A stretch of DNA of 64,000 bases from Myxococcota bacterium (GTDB lineage Bacteria; Myxococcota_A; Polyangia; Nannocystales; Nannocystaceae): positions 64,001 to 128,000 of the forward strand of contig JBCCHT010000005.1 of NCBI GenBank assembly GCA_039028615.1. Direction: 5' to 3'. Below, piece after piece: positions 31,408 through 41,257 of the stretch; positions within the stretch are counted from its first letter, which is position 1, and each line of letters starts with the position of its first letter. The notes beneath the pieces are model-generated. The model had not been told where the DNA came from. It saw only the letters and a program-made list of their open reading frames with translations, and did no database searches. A program made the position numbers and the translations under genes.

Positions 31408-32076
31408 ATGAGCGAGCAAGAGCAGCCCGACGAAGAGAGCGACTTCGAGTTGCTCGAGGCGTGGCGCGGGGGCGATGAGGCTGCCGGCCGCGCGCTCTTT
31501 GCTCGCTATTTCGAGTCGGTCTTCCGCTTCTTCCGCAACAAGGTCGACGACGCGGCGGAAGACCTGACCCAGCAGACCTTCATGGGCCTGGTGCAGGGCA
31601 AGGATCGCTTTCGAGGCGATTCCAGCTTTCGCACCTACGTGTTCATGATCGCCCGCAAGCGGCTGTACTCGTACCTACGCAAGGCCCAGCGCGACCAGGG
31701 CTCGGCCGCGTGGGGGGAGAGCTCGGTCGCCGACCTCGGCTTGGCTTCGCCCTCGCGGGCGGTGGCGCGGCACCAGGAGCAGCGCCTGCTGCTGCTCGCG
31801 CTGCGTCAGCTGCCCGTCGAGATGCAGGTCTCCCTCGAGCTGTTTTATTGGGAAGAGCTCACGGTGACCGAGATCGCCGAGGTGCTCGAGACCCCGGTGG
31901 GTACGGTCAAAAGCCGCATCCAGCGGGCGCGGGCGCGGCTGGACAAGGTCATCGAAGAGCTCGCGGGCTCCGAAGAGCTGCTGCGCAGCACGATGGACAA
32001 CTTCTCGTTGTGGGCTCGTGAGCTTCGCGGGCAGCTGTCGCCCCCGAGCGAGGGCGAACCCGACGGCGAGGGCTGA
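31408..32076 (+). CDS. ECF RNA polymerase sigma factor
   Basis: AEDLTQQTF, FRTYVF.IAR, region 4 'EIAEVLETPVGTVKSRIQRAR'. Confidence 0.93.
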   Translation: MSEQEQPDEESDFELLEAWRGGDEAAGRALFARYFESVFRFFRNKVDDAAEDLTQQTFMGLVQGKDRFRGDSSFRTYVFMIARKRLYSYLRKAQRDQGSAAWGESSVADLGLASPSRAVARHQEQRLLLLALRQLPVEMQVSLELFYWEELTVTEIAEVLETPVGTVKSRIQRARARLDKVIEELAGSEELLRSTMDNFSLWARELRGQLSPPSEGEPDGEG

Positions 32077-32097
32077 GCCGCCGCGCAGGTGCTCGGT

Positions 32098-32694
32098 TCA
32101 CCCGGGCAGGGCGGAGGGCCAGTAGCCGAGCCGCCCCAGCATGCGGGCCGTGATCCCCTGGTGGGTGGCATCGTGGATCTCGAACTCGAACGCGTCGGCG
32201 AGGCGGTCGATGACGTTGAAGGCGAAGCACACGTACATCGCCTCGTGGATCGCTCGCTCGTCGAGGCCGGCCTCGAGTGCGGCTTCGATGTGTTCGGGTC
32301 CGAAACTGTCGGGCTCGGTGGTCAGCCGGTACACGAGCTCGAGGGCGGCCCGCACAGGCTCCTCGATCGGCGCGGTGCGATGGTCCTCGAGCACCGCATC
32401 GACGACCGCTTGGTCGATGCCGGACACCGCAACTGCGGCGTGGTGGACGGTTCAGTACTCGCAGCGATTGGCCTTGGAGACGAACGCGGAAAACAGCTCG
32501 CACTCCGCGTCTTCCCACCGCTGGGCCTTGCGCATCGATCGTTGCAACACCTTGGCCATGGAGCGACCAAAGAGCGCGGGGCGGTAGCTGAGCGCGAGCA
32601 CGGGTCCCGGGATCGGGTCGATGATCCGACGCATCACCCAGAGCATGGCCCGCTGCACGCGGGAGTGTCCGTGGTCGACGACCGACAGCCTCAT
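32098..32694 (-). CDS. AhpD-like/carboxymuconolactone decarboxylase family selenoprotein (198 aa, Sec81)
   Basis: ORFs 32452..32694 and 32098..32427 are in one frame separated by a single TGA (32452-32454); read-through gives ELFSAFVSKANRCEY-U-TVHH, the AhpD motif ExxxxxxSxxNxCxxCxxxH; SECIS-like hairpin follows. Confidence 0.85.
32424..32441 (-). promoter_or_regulatory. Candidate bacterial SECIS element
   Basis: ACGCCGC-AGTT-GCGGTGT: 7-bp stem (one G-U) starting at the 11th nt after UGA; 4-nt loop with G at position 2. Confidence 0.75.
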
Positions 32695-33041
32695 CGGCGC
32701 GCCCTCGCTCGCTTCATGGCCTCGAGGCCTCGCTCGAATTGCCCCAAGCTTGCCCCGACCGCCGCGGCCACGGTGAACTCGTACAGCGCGTCTTCGCTGT
32801 AGCCCGCGTCGCGGAGGCGGTCGTAGTCCTCGTCGACGACCTTGTAGGCATTACGGGCGACCTTGTCGACGAGCGTCGTCAGCTCGTCGGGGATGTCACC
32901 GGGATCGCGAGGGGCCCCGGTGAACGCGGCGCTGCGATCGGCCACGGCGCGGCGCAGCGCGGGCGATGAATCTCCGTCGGCACCGAGCGCGGTGTCGACG
33001 AGCCGTCGCACGATGTCGGGGAGCGCGGTCGGGTCATCCAT
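32691..33041 (-). CDS. Small CMD/AhpD-like helical protein lacking Cys
   Basis: 'LVDKVARNAYKV.DED...LRDAGYSED.LYE.TVAAA' CMD-like helix hairpin; ATGA overlap with the selenoprotein gene. Confidence 0.75.
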   Translation of the reverse strand: MDDPTALPDIVRRLVDTALGADGDSSPALRRAVADRSAAFTGAPRDPGDIPDELTTLVDKVARNAYKVVDEDYDRLRDAGYSEDALYEFTVAAAVGASLGQFERGLEAMKRARARR

Positions 33042-33239
33042 GACCTCACGATACCGCCCCGTCGCGGTGAGAACATCGCCACTGGCTCCTGTTTCGACTC
33101 GGTGAGGATGTCGGCGTATCCCACCGTGTATGGGGTTCTCGCCGACGGTACGACGACACTATCGGGTCCGGGCTCGGGGCGTTGTCGGCGACCCACAAGT
33201 GGTGCCGGGTGAGTGCCGGCGGCCTGCCCGGGGTGGAAC

Positions 33240-35345
33240 TCAGAACGAGAACGCGGTGCCGAAGAGCACGAGCAGCGACTGGGCTCGCGCCTCTTGCGTG
33301 TCGGTCATCGTCTGCTGGGTGCCGTCGGAGACGGTGGTGCCCTGGGTGACCCCGGTGAAGGCTCGCTCGCCGAACACGGGGCGGAACTGCAGCATCAGCG
33401 AGACCCACCGACGAATGCGATAGCGGGTGTCGAGCGAGGGCGTGATGATGAAGTTGATGCGGTCCCCGGTGAGGTCTTCGTTGCTGCGGATGGGGAACGA
33501 AAACCCGAGGCCGAAGCCGGCCCCGACCTCGATGCGGCTGGTGGCGGCGACGACCAGGCCGGGCTCGAAGAACACCCGCGCCCAGCCGAAGGCCCGCAGC
33601 TGCTCGTCGGTGGTGGTCTCGGCGCCCACGTCGGAGGGCTCGACCGGCTCCTCTTCGACGAGGCGACTGCCCCAGCGGCCCAGGGTGCCGCCGACCCGCA
33701 GGTCCCAGCCGACCCGCGCCCACTTGGGGTTGCGGGCGCGGAACTGCAGGGCGAACTGGCCCAGCGCGCTGAAGTACACGGGCGGGACGTCGTCGGGGCC
33801 GAAGGTGTCCGACCAGGCGGGGCCACCCCCCGCGGCGAGGTAGAGCTTGAAGGCGGTTCGCCGGGCGGTGCGCTCGGGTCGGCCGAACTCGATGGTGCCG
33901 TTGCGGACCTCGGCCACCGCCTCGTCGTAGGGCCGGTCACCGCGGGGGCGAAAGCGGATGGGCTCACACGAGGCTCCGGGCACCTTGAGCTGGAGCGTCG
34001 GCACATGGGTGACGCCGTAGCGGTGCACTTCGCCGTCTTCGCCGAAGATCTCGACGTCGGTGACCCGGCTGCCGGGGACCTCCGTGCGCCAGGCATCGAC
34101 GGTGGTGTGCAGGTAGATCTGGTCGGCGGGCACGTAGCGGGTGAGCACCTGGCCGTTGGCGGCGAGGGTGTCCGTCCAGCGCTGGGTGGGGCGGGTCTTG
34201 GCGAAGGTGACCTCGAGCGGCAGGTCGAGGTCGAGGGCCGAGTCGTCCATGGTGCCCGGGCAGCGATAGTCGCAGCCGGTCTCGGTCACGGTGGCGCTAC
34301 AGGTGGTGCCCGTCTCGAGGGTGACGGTGGGACAGGCCTCGGCGGGGTAGATGCACTCGGGTCTTCGCCAGCTGAAGCTGACCTGCTTGAACTGCAGCTC
34401 GAAGGGGCTCGCCGGCCATCGCCCCTCCCAACGCGCCCCGAAGCGCGCCGCCGCCTTTCCGTCGTCGGTGGCGGCCAGGTCGATGTCGAGGGTGCCGACC
34501 CCGAGCGGGGCCTGGGGAATCCAGACTTGCAGCGCCCCCGTGCTGGTCAGCGCGCCGACGCAGTGCTCGACCTTCATCTGTACGCCATGGATGCGCAGCG
34601 AGATGCGGTCGCGGTCGCTGGCCTCGAGCCGGGTGCGCGGCAGGATGACCTCGACGACGTGGCAGCGAGGCGTCAGCGGCAGCAAGATCAGCTTGCGCAC
34701 GGGCTCGCCCTCGTTGGCGATGGTCTCTTCGGCTCCTCGCTCGCTGCGGGGATGCGGCAGGTAGTGGCCGCCGAGGCTACGAGCGGTGACCACGACCTGG
34801 TCGAGGTCGGCCTGGACACCGATGGTGGCGATGCCTCCGGTCAGTCGCACCGAGTCGATGGCGGGCGGCGAGCCCTCGAGGTGCTCGAGCAAGATGAACA
34901 GCGGCCGGGGTTTGCGGGCGGCCTCGGCCGCGGCGAGGCTGTCGGAGGTGCAGGCCACGTGTAGCTCGTCGGCGCGGCCCAGGCCCTCGGGGAGCTCGAC
35001 CCGCGGGCGGCAGTCGCCGATGGGATCGTTGGAGCAGCGCTGACGCGTGGACGAGGCCTCGTCGCCGCCCCACAGCGCGGGGTCGACCTGCCAGGAGCTG
35101 CGGCCCACCGCTTCCATGGCATCGGGGTGAGGGGAGAGCACTTCGCTCAGGGATTTGCGCGTGCGCGGGCTCTGGGCCTCGCTGACGACGCACAGGTGCG
35201 TGGGGACGTCGCCGGCCTCGGGCCGCAGGTCGAGGGTGACGACGCCGTACTCTTCCGCCGCGGCCACACGCGGCCACACCACCATCACCAGGACGACGAC
35301 CAGCGCCGCCCACCAAGGTCCCGAGCAGCGGCTCAGGACTCGCAT
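33240..35345 (-). CDS. Large secreted Cys-containing protein with probable C-terminal outer-membrane beta-barrel
   Basis: Signal peptide (VAAA-EE); paired Cys in N-terminal two-thirds; amphipathic beta-strands ending FGTAFSF; overlaps kinase stop. Confidence 0.7.
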   Translation of the reverse strand: MRVLSRCSGPWWAALVVVLVMVVWPRVAAAEEYGVVTLDLRPEAGDVPTHLCVVSEAQSPRTRKSLSEVLSPHPDAMEAVGRSSWQVDPALWGGDEASSTRQRCSNDPIGDCRPRVELPEGLGRADELHVACTSDSLAAAEAARKPRPLFILLEHLEGSPPAIDSVRLTGGIATIGVQADLDQVVVTARSLGGHYLPHPRSERGAEETIANEGEPVRKLILLPLTPRCHVVEVILPRTRLEASDRDRISLRIHGVQMKVEHCVGALTSTGALQVWIPQAPLGVGTLDIDLAATDDGKAAARFGARWEGRWPASPFELQFKQVSFSWRRPECIYPAEACPTVTLETGTTCSATVTETGCDYRCPGTMDDSALDLDLPLEVTFAKTRPTQRWTDTLAANGQVLTRYVPADQIYLHTTVDAWRTEVPGSRVTDVEIFGEDGEVHRYGVTHVPTLQLKVPGASCEPIRFRPRGDRPYDEAVAEVRNGTIEFGRPERTARRTAFKLYLAAGGGPAWSDTFGPDDVPPVYFSALGQFALQFRARNPKWARVGWDLRVGGTLGRWGSRLVEEEPVEPSDVGAETTTDEQLRAFGWARVFFEPGLVVAATSRIEVGAGFGLGFSFPIRSNEDLTGDRINFIITPSLDTRYRIRRWVSLMLQFRPVFGERAFTGVTQGTTVSDGTQQTMTDTQEARAQSLLVLFGTAFSF

Positions 35346-36964
35346 TGATCCTCGGTGGTCGATACGCACAGATAGTAGCGCGAGCAGTCCGAGGGGCGGA
35401 GTCCGTCCCCGGGCTGCAGCCCGGCTCGTCGGTACTCGGGCGCTTGCTGGGCGCACTCGTAGCACTGACCCTTCTTGGTCTCGACGAAGCGTTCGTGCCG
35501 ACGCTGGTGATGGAGGAAATTGAAGCGATCCTGCCGGAAGTAGCAGATTTCGGTCTTGCGCTTGCGTTTGGGGGCCTTGGTGCCGACGTCCGGGCTCGCG
35601 GTGGTGCCCTCGTCTTCGCTGGCGACGCCATCGGTTGCACCCGCCGCATCGGGTTCGGGGGCGGCGACGGCATCGGCGGCCGAGGTGGCCTCCGGGGCGG
35701 GCTCGGGCTCGGGCTCCAGCTCGGCGGGGGTCAGCGCTTTCGTGGGGGCGAGCGCGGCCGGGGCGGCGGCGGCGGAGGGATCGGCAGGCGGACGAGACTG
35801 GGCGACCAAGCTGGCCGCGTCGCTGGCCTCGGTGACGGCGGAGTCGTCGTTGCCCGCGATCCACAGCCCCATGCCGCCGAGCGAGAGCAGGGCGAGCGCA
35901 CCCATGGTCATGGCGGTGACCCGGGCCCGTCGACGTCGGCGGCGGGCGACGTTGGGATCGATGAGCGCCTCTTCGAGGCGATCGAGCAGGGGCTCGAGCC
36001 CAGGGTGGCGATCGGCGGGGTCGATGGCCAGTCCCCGCACGACCTCGGCGTGGACCCACGCGCGAACCTTGCTCTCCGACGGTGGATCGAGGACCCGGCC
36101 GTGTCGCACGCTCTTGCGGTACTCGCCGATCGAGTTGCCGGCAAAGGGCGGGTAGCCGTACAGCGCCTCGTAGAGGGCGACACAGAAGCTGAACTGATCG
36201 CTGCGGGCGTTGGCCACGGCCCCGGACTCTTGCTCGGGGGCCATGTACTTGGGCGTGCCCAGCAGGGTGCCGGTCTGGGTGAGCGTGCCCGAGGGGCCTT
36301 GCAGGTCGCCCGTGTCGCGATCGAGCTCCGATTCTTCGGAGGCGCTGTCGAGCGCGGCCGGGCCTCCGGCGAGCCCGAAGTCACCCACACGAACCCGACC
36401 GTCCGCGCCGACGAGTACGTTCTCGGGCTTGAAGTCGCGGTGGATGACGCCGGCCGCATGCGCGGCGGCCAGGCCTCGGCCCGCCTCGACGTAGCGGCGA
36501 AGAATCTCGCGCCAGGCGGGTTTTTCCTCGGTGAGCCAGTGGGCGAGGCTGCGGCCCTCCACGAACTCCATGGCGATGAACACCCCGTCCTCGACCGTGC
36601 CCACGTCGTAGACGTGGATGACGTTGGGGTGGGCCAGCCGAGCCATGGCCCGGGCTTCCCGGACCACGCGGGCCCGCGCGGTGGCCGGGTCCTTGGTGCT
36701 CGTGGTGCTCGGGTGCATGAGCTTGACCGCGACGTCGCGGGCGAGCTCGGGGTCGTGGGCGCGATAGACCACGCCCATGCCGCCGGCTCCGATGCGCCCC
36801 TCCACCCGATAGCGACCCACGCGGACCGGCTGTCGGGGCCCCGAGAACAACCGGCTGGCGATGGCGGCCCGGGCCCGACGCGCCTCGACGTCATCGCCCT
36901 GGGGGGCGGCACGGCGCAGTGGATCCCCCGTAGAGGGGGCTGAGGGCTCGATTGAAGCGCTCAC
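35333..36964 (-). CDS. Membrane-anchored Ser/Thr protein kinase with Cys-rich C-terminal domain
   Basis: GAGGMGVVY, VAVK, HRDFKPEN, DFG, GTPKYMAPE, SDQFSFCV; TM; 6-Cys tail. Confidence 0.95.
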   Translation of the reverse strand: MSASIEPSAPSTGDPLRRAAPQGDDVEARRARAAIASRLFSGPRQPVRVGRYRVEGRIGAGGMGVVYRAHDPELARDVAVKLMHPSTTSTKDPATARARVVREARAMARLAHPNVIHVYDVGTVEDGVFIAMEFVEGRSLAHWLTEEKPAWREILRRYVEAGRGLAAAHAAGVIHRDFKPENVLVGADGRVRVGDFGLAGGPAALDSASEESELDRDTGDLQGPSGTLTQTGTLLGTPKYMAPEQESGAVANARSDQFSFCVALYEALYGYPPFAGNSIGEYRKSVRHGRVLDPPSESKVRAWVHAEVVRGLAIDPADRHPGLEPLLDRLEEALIDPNVARRRRRRARVTAMTMGALALLSLGGMGLWIAGNDDSAVTEASDAASLVAQSRPPADPSAAAAPAALAPTKALTPAELEPEPEPAPEATSAADAVAAPEPDAAGATDGVASEDEGTTASPDVGTKAPKRKRKTEICYFRQDRFNFLHHQRRHERFVETKKGQCYECAQQAPEYRRAGLQPGDGLRPSDCSRYYLCVSTTEDQCES

Positions 36965-37181
36965 GACGAACGTTGTCGGGTCCAGGCCACGTGGGCGAGA
37001 CGTGGAAACGGGCGCCGGGGGCGTCCGCGCACAGGATAGCCTCGCGCTCGGATCACGCCAGGGATGGAGCGCAATGAACTGTTAGTTTTGCCGGCTTTCT
37101 CACAAAGTTTTCGCGATGGCGCCGGGATCCTGTGGGGGGTCCTTCCACCGCGGGCGCCGTCGGGCGTCGGCCGGCTCCGAT

Positions 37182-37619
37182 TCAGGAGCTGCCGCGCACG
37201 GCTCGGTCGAGCGCCTCGATGAACGCATCGTTCGTCTTGTACGAGACCACGTCCGCTTTCAGGATGAGGTTTCCGACCTTGATCCCCATCTGGATGGGCC
37301 ACGACGACGGGTTGGCGAACACGTGCACGGCCACGATGCGGTCGTTGACGTTGCGGAACACGCCGAAGATCGAGTCGCGGACGTTGCTGGTGAAGTGCTC
37401 GAGCTCCGCCGCATGGAAGAAGATGCGGGACGCGCCATCGATGACGTGATGGCGGAGGTCGGTGGAAAACAGGGGCTCGGCCTCGTCGGTGAGCGCGCCG
37501 CACATCTCGACCAACACGGCGTCGTCGGTGATGCGGTGGATGTTCACTTCACCACTCGTGCCGTTCCATCGCTGGTTGGATAGCGAAGAGTCTTGGAACG
37601 TCTCGAGTGATTCGTGCAT
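37182..37619 (-). CDS. Small STAS-like hypothetical protein
   Basis: 3' part of ORF 37182..38375; alpha/beta pattern resembling anti-anti-sigma folds. Confidence 0.55.
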   Translation of the reverse strand: MHESLETFQDSSLSNQRWNGTSGEVNIHRITDDAVLVEMCGALTDEAEPLFSTDLRHHVIDGASRIFFHAAELEHFTSNVRDSIFGVFRNVNDRIVAVHVFANPSSWPIQMGIKVGNLILKADVVSYKTNDAFIEALDRAVRGSS

Positions 37620-37861
37620 CGTCGGCCTCGCGTTTGGGCGACGAACTCCATGCGCGCTCGTGGTGCCCTCCCGAAAATTCACCCTAACCTCCAGCGCCGT
37701 TGTCGGTGCGTCCTGAGATGGAACGAGAATCGGCCCGTTCGCGTCGCCCGTTCGAGCCTCCGCGGGGGCGATACCGCTCGAGGAGGACAGCGCGAAAACG
37801 AACGCGGAGTCGACGTCGGATCGATGCGAGCAGGCGGGGGCTGCCGTCGGGCGACTCGGCG

Positions 37862-38590
37862 TCAGGACGGCGACGGCTCGGCCGACGCGGCGAGGCGCCC
37901 GCGAAATACCGTGCCGAGCAGGGTGAAGAACAGCAGGTACGCGATGCTGAGACCCGCCCCCGAGACGGGGGCCGAGACCCCGTCGGGGAGGACGTTGATG
38001 ATCGCGATGACGATCATCATGCCGAACAACGGGGTGGTGATTCCACTCCAGCGCGGCAGCGAGGTTCGACCCCGAAAGACCATCACCGCGACGTTGAGCC
38101 ACGCCACCGTGAACAGCAGCATCGCGAGCCCCCATCCGACGTAGAACACCATGATGAAGGTGTTGGCCGTCTCGAGCAGCGCAGGATGAGCGGATGGCTC
38201 CGTGTGCTCGACGAGCTTGAGGACCTCGCCCACGAACGCGAGCGTCGAGTGGAGCAGGGGAGACAGCACGACCGCGGCGAACAGGGCGGCGAAGGAGGCC
38301 GTGCGGTACCAGCCTTCGGCCATGCGAAGGGTGCGAGCGGTGAGCCAGACCCCGCAACACAGCAACGGTACGCACGCCGCGATGAGCAGCCGGGCCGCGA
38401 CGAGGGCATCGGTGGGGGCCGAGACCAAGGGCAGGGACAGCTCGGGGGCGAGCTGGTCGGCGTAGACCTCGGTGAACAGGGGATGGGCGGCCGGGTCGAC
38501 GGGGTTGCCGAGGATGAGCACGTCGCCGGCGATCAACATGAGTGCCCCGAGGGCAGCACCCACCACGAGCGGGAGGTTGCGGTTCGGCAC
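37862..38590 (-). CDS. Multi-pass membrane protein (DUF6796-like)
   Basis: About 6 hydrophobic segments; N-terminal 'L...GD.L' motif; GTG start inferred. Confidence 0.65.
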   Translation of the reverse strand: MPNRNLPLVVGAALGALMLIAGDVLILGNPVDPAAHPLFTEVYADQLAPELSLPLVSAPTDALVAARLLIAACVPLLCCGVWLTARTLRMAEGWYRTASFAALFAAVVLSPLLHSTLAFVGEVLKLVEHTEPSAHPALLETANTFIMVFYVGWGLAMLLFTVAWLNVAVMVFRGRTSLPRWSGITTPLFGMMIVIAIINVLPDGVSAPVSGAGLSIAYLLFFTLLGTVFRGRLAASAEPSPS

Positions 38591-38600
38591 GACGCCGACT

Positions 38601-39506
38601 CTACCGTTCGTCGGGGGTCGGGGCGGCAACGCAATGCCGTTGAGGCGGGAGCGCTCGCGCGAGCGACCGCAGTGCATCGAGGGCGGGTTCTTCCCGTCGT
38701 GCATCGAGGCACCCGAGCAACACTCGCAGGGTGTGTCCGACCTCGAGCAGCACCTCCACTTCGCCGCGCGCCCGGGCGTCTTCGGCGGTGTAGTCGTGCA
38801 GCACGCCGACCCCCGCGCCCGCGGCCACGAGTGTTCGGGTGGCGCTCTCTCGATCGACTTCGACGATACGGACCGGTTCGATCGCGTGGCGTTCGAGCAG
38901 AGCCCGCGCGGCCTGGCCACACGACGAGTCGGCGGGGGGGAGGATCCAAGGGGTGGCCGCCATGGTCTCCCACTGGAGCTCGCCGAACCCGGCCGGGGCC
39001 ACCAGGCGGAGCCCGAAGCGCGCGACCTCTTCGCAGTGCATGCGCGCATCCACGTCGGCCTCGGCGTTGAAGAAGCCTGCGTCCAGTCGCCCTGCGAGCA
39101 GCTCCGCGATCACCGTCGACGAGTCGCCTTCGGTCAGCCGCAGCTCGATCGCGGGGTAGCGCTCGCCCAACGCGGAGACCAGTCGCCCCGCGACGGAGGC
39201 GTTGGAGTTGGCACCGAGCCCCAGTCGCAGCACGCCGCTGGGCATCCCCCGGATCCGCGCGGCCGCGGAGAGCACCTCGTGATGGGCGTCGACCGCCCGC
39301 TCGGCCGTGGTGCGCAGTCGTTCTCCCTCGGGCGTGAGCTGCATGCCCCGGGCGGTGCGCTCGAACAGGGCCAGCTCGAGGGTGTCTTCGAGGGCTTTGA
39401 CCTGCGCGCTGACGGCAGGCTGGCTGAGGCGCAACTCGGCCGCCGCGCGGGTGATGCTGCCGGCTCGCGCGACCGCGAGGAAGGTCCTGAGCTGCTGGAT
39501 CTCCAC
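38601..39506 (-). CDS. LysR family transcriptional regulator
   Basis: QLRTFLAVA..GSITRAA.EL.LSQPAVS.QVKALE..L...LFERT.RG..LT.EG. Confidence 0.95.
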   Translation of the reverse strand: MEIQQLRTFLAVARAGSITRAAAELRLSQPAVSAQVKALEDTLELALFERTARGMQLTPEGERLRTTAERAVDAHHEVLSAAARIRGMPSGVLRLGLGANSNASVAGRLVSALGERYPAIELRLTEGDSSTVIAELLAGRLDAGFFNAEADVDARMHCEEVARFGLRLVAPAGFGELQWETMAATPWILPPADSSCGQAARALLERHAIEPVRIVEVDRESATRTLVAAGAGVGVLHDYTAEDARARGEVEVLLEVGHTLRVLLGCLDARREEPALDALRSLARALPPQRHCVAAPTPDER

Positions 39507-39569
39507 CGTCGTCGCCAACCGTAGCATCGGGCCTGTCGCGTGACCCGAGGTTGGAACGGCACCGACCGA

Positions 39570-40406
39570 TCAGGGCCCTCGCTCGCCCCGGACGATCGCC
39601 ACGCGGCACGGCAACGTGACGCGGCCGTCGTGCTCGTGCTCCTGCAGGGCTCGGGTCAGGGCCGCGTGTGCCCGCTCGTGGGCGGCGGCCCCGGCTCGCG
39701 CCAGCAGCTCGGCCAACGTCGAGTACGCCGCGAGGCAGAACTCGGCCGACGCAGCGGCATCGAGCCCGCCGCCCACGGCCAAGCGTCCCGACCACGCCTC
39801 GGTCGAGACCCCGGCGAAGCCGACCTCGCGCAGCAACCGCTCCAGCGCTCCGTCCTCGCCGTAGCGGAATGGACCCGGGGCATCGGGGGTGGCCGCGGGC
39901 AGGTCGACGATGCGGCCGATGACGTCGCGCACCACGGTGACCCACGGGTTGTCTCGAGCCGCGCCCCAGACCGCGAACGCGAAGCGGCCACCCGGGTTCA
40001 GCCAGTGTCGCAGGTTCGCGAAGGCGGCGTGTGGATCGGCGAAGAACATGACCCCGAAGCGCGAGGCCAAGCGATCGTAGCGACGCTCGGGACGGAACTG
40101 CTCCGCGTCGGCCACCTGAAACTCGACCTCGAGGTCACCCGCCCGCTCTCGGGCGCTGCGAACCAGGCGGGCGTTGATGTCGTAGCCATGGACGACCGAG
40201 CCCGTCGGGGCGGCGCGGGCGATGCTGCGCGAGGTGTGGCCGCCGCCGCACCCGATGTCCGCCACGCGGCAGCGATCGTCCAGATCCAGGGCCGCCACCA
40301 GCGGCTCGTCGACCACGTGGAGCATCGCCTCCATCGGTTCGAGGTGTTGCTGCCACTTGTCTCCCCGCCAGCCGGGCCAATCGGGGGTCGTGCTGCCAGA
40401 TTGCAT
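39570..40406 (-). CDS. Class I SAM-dependent methyltransferase
   Basis: VADIGCGGG, ADAE, SRFGVMFF.DP..AF.NL...L.PGGR, PGPF. Confidence 0.92.
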   Translation of the reverse strand: MQSGSTTPDWPGWRGDKWQQHLEPMEAMLHVVDEPLVAALDLDDRCRVADIGCGGGHTSRSIARAAPTGSVVHGYDINARLVRSARERAGDLEVEFQVADAEQFRPERRYDRLASRFGVMFFADPHAAFANLRHWLNPGGRFAFAVWGAARDNPWVTVVRDVIGRIVDLPAATPDAPGPFRYGEDGALERLLREVGFAGVSTEAWSGRLAVGGGLDAAASAEFCLAAYSTLAELLARAGAAAHERAHAALTRALQEHEHDGRVTLPCRVAIVRGERGP

Positions 40407-40468
40407 GGCGTCACCCTGAACCGTCGCGTCCGCGACGACCAATCGTTTGTGCCGAGGTCTGACCTCGG

Positions 40469-41257
40469 CTACTCCGAGGGCGCCGTCGCGTCCTGGGCCG
40501 CGTCTTCCACCACGGTGGCCACGCGCCACAGACCGAGGCCGACACTCAGCGCCGACAGCAGCCGCACGCCCCACAGCGAACCGGTGGTGAGTCCCGCGAG
40601 GGCCATCCACAAGATGGTGCCCATGATCACCACTTGGCCGAGCGACAGCAGCAGGCACGGGATGAGCAGTCCGGGGCGCCGAACGACCCGACCGAGCCCC
40701 TGCACGGTAGAGCGCACGCTCCACGGCGCTGCACCGTGTTCCACCACCGCGACGCGGGTCGCGTCCTGAGCCACGCCGCACAACATCCAGACCAAGGGAC
40801 CGAGGATCCACAGGACGATGGGCGGCGCGGCCATCACCGAGACGACCACGATCGCCATCAGCAGCGCGCGCAGCAGCAGGTGCCACACCGACTGCACCAG
40901 CACGGGGAGCAGGCCGGACAGCGCCCGCCCGCCCAGCTCCGACCACGGCCGCGGCCCGGCGAGGCGCACGATGAGCAGCGGGGACAGCAGCGTCCAGGTG
41001 ATCGCGCCGAGGACCAGGCTGGCGATGGCCGAGGTGGCCAACCCGGCGCCGACGGCCGGGTGATCGCGGAGCACGTCGACGACCCCGAAGAGCATCCGTG
41101 AGGTGTCCAGCGCGTCGAAGGACTTGAGCGCGGCCACGGTGAGCATCTGGATCTGCCAGCCGATGAGGCCGGCCACCGCCGCCATCCACAGCCAACCGCC
41201 GAGCCACCAGCCGGGGGCGCCCAGCGTTCGCCTCAAGCCGCCGATGAGCCGACTCAT
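40469..41257 (-). CDS. Hypothetical multi-pass membrane protein
   Basis: About 6 TM segments; ATGA overlap with upstream M1 peptidase. Confidence 0.7.
   Translation of the reverse strand: MSRLIGGLRRTLGAPGWWLGGWLWMAAVAGLIGWQIQMLTVAALKSFDALDTSRMLFGVVDVLRDHPAVGAGLATSAIASLVLGAITWTLLSPLLIVRLAGPRPWSELGGRALSGLLPVLVQSVWHLLLRALLMAIVVVSVMAAPPIVLWILGPLVWMLCGVAQDATRVAVVEHGAAPWSVRSTVQGLGRVVRRPGLLIPCLLLSLGQVVIMGTILWMALAGLTTGSLWGVRLLSALSVGLGLWRVATVVEDAAQDATAPSE

Noticed and set aside
32098..32694. Pseudogene or two separate small genes
   Set aside because: The stop is TGA exactly at the redox Cys position, is followed by a SECIS-like hairpin, and there are no other lesions; Sec read-through is more parsimonious
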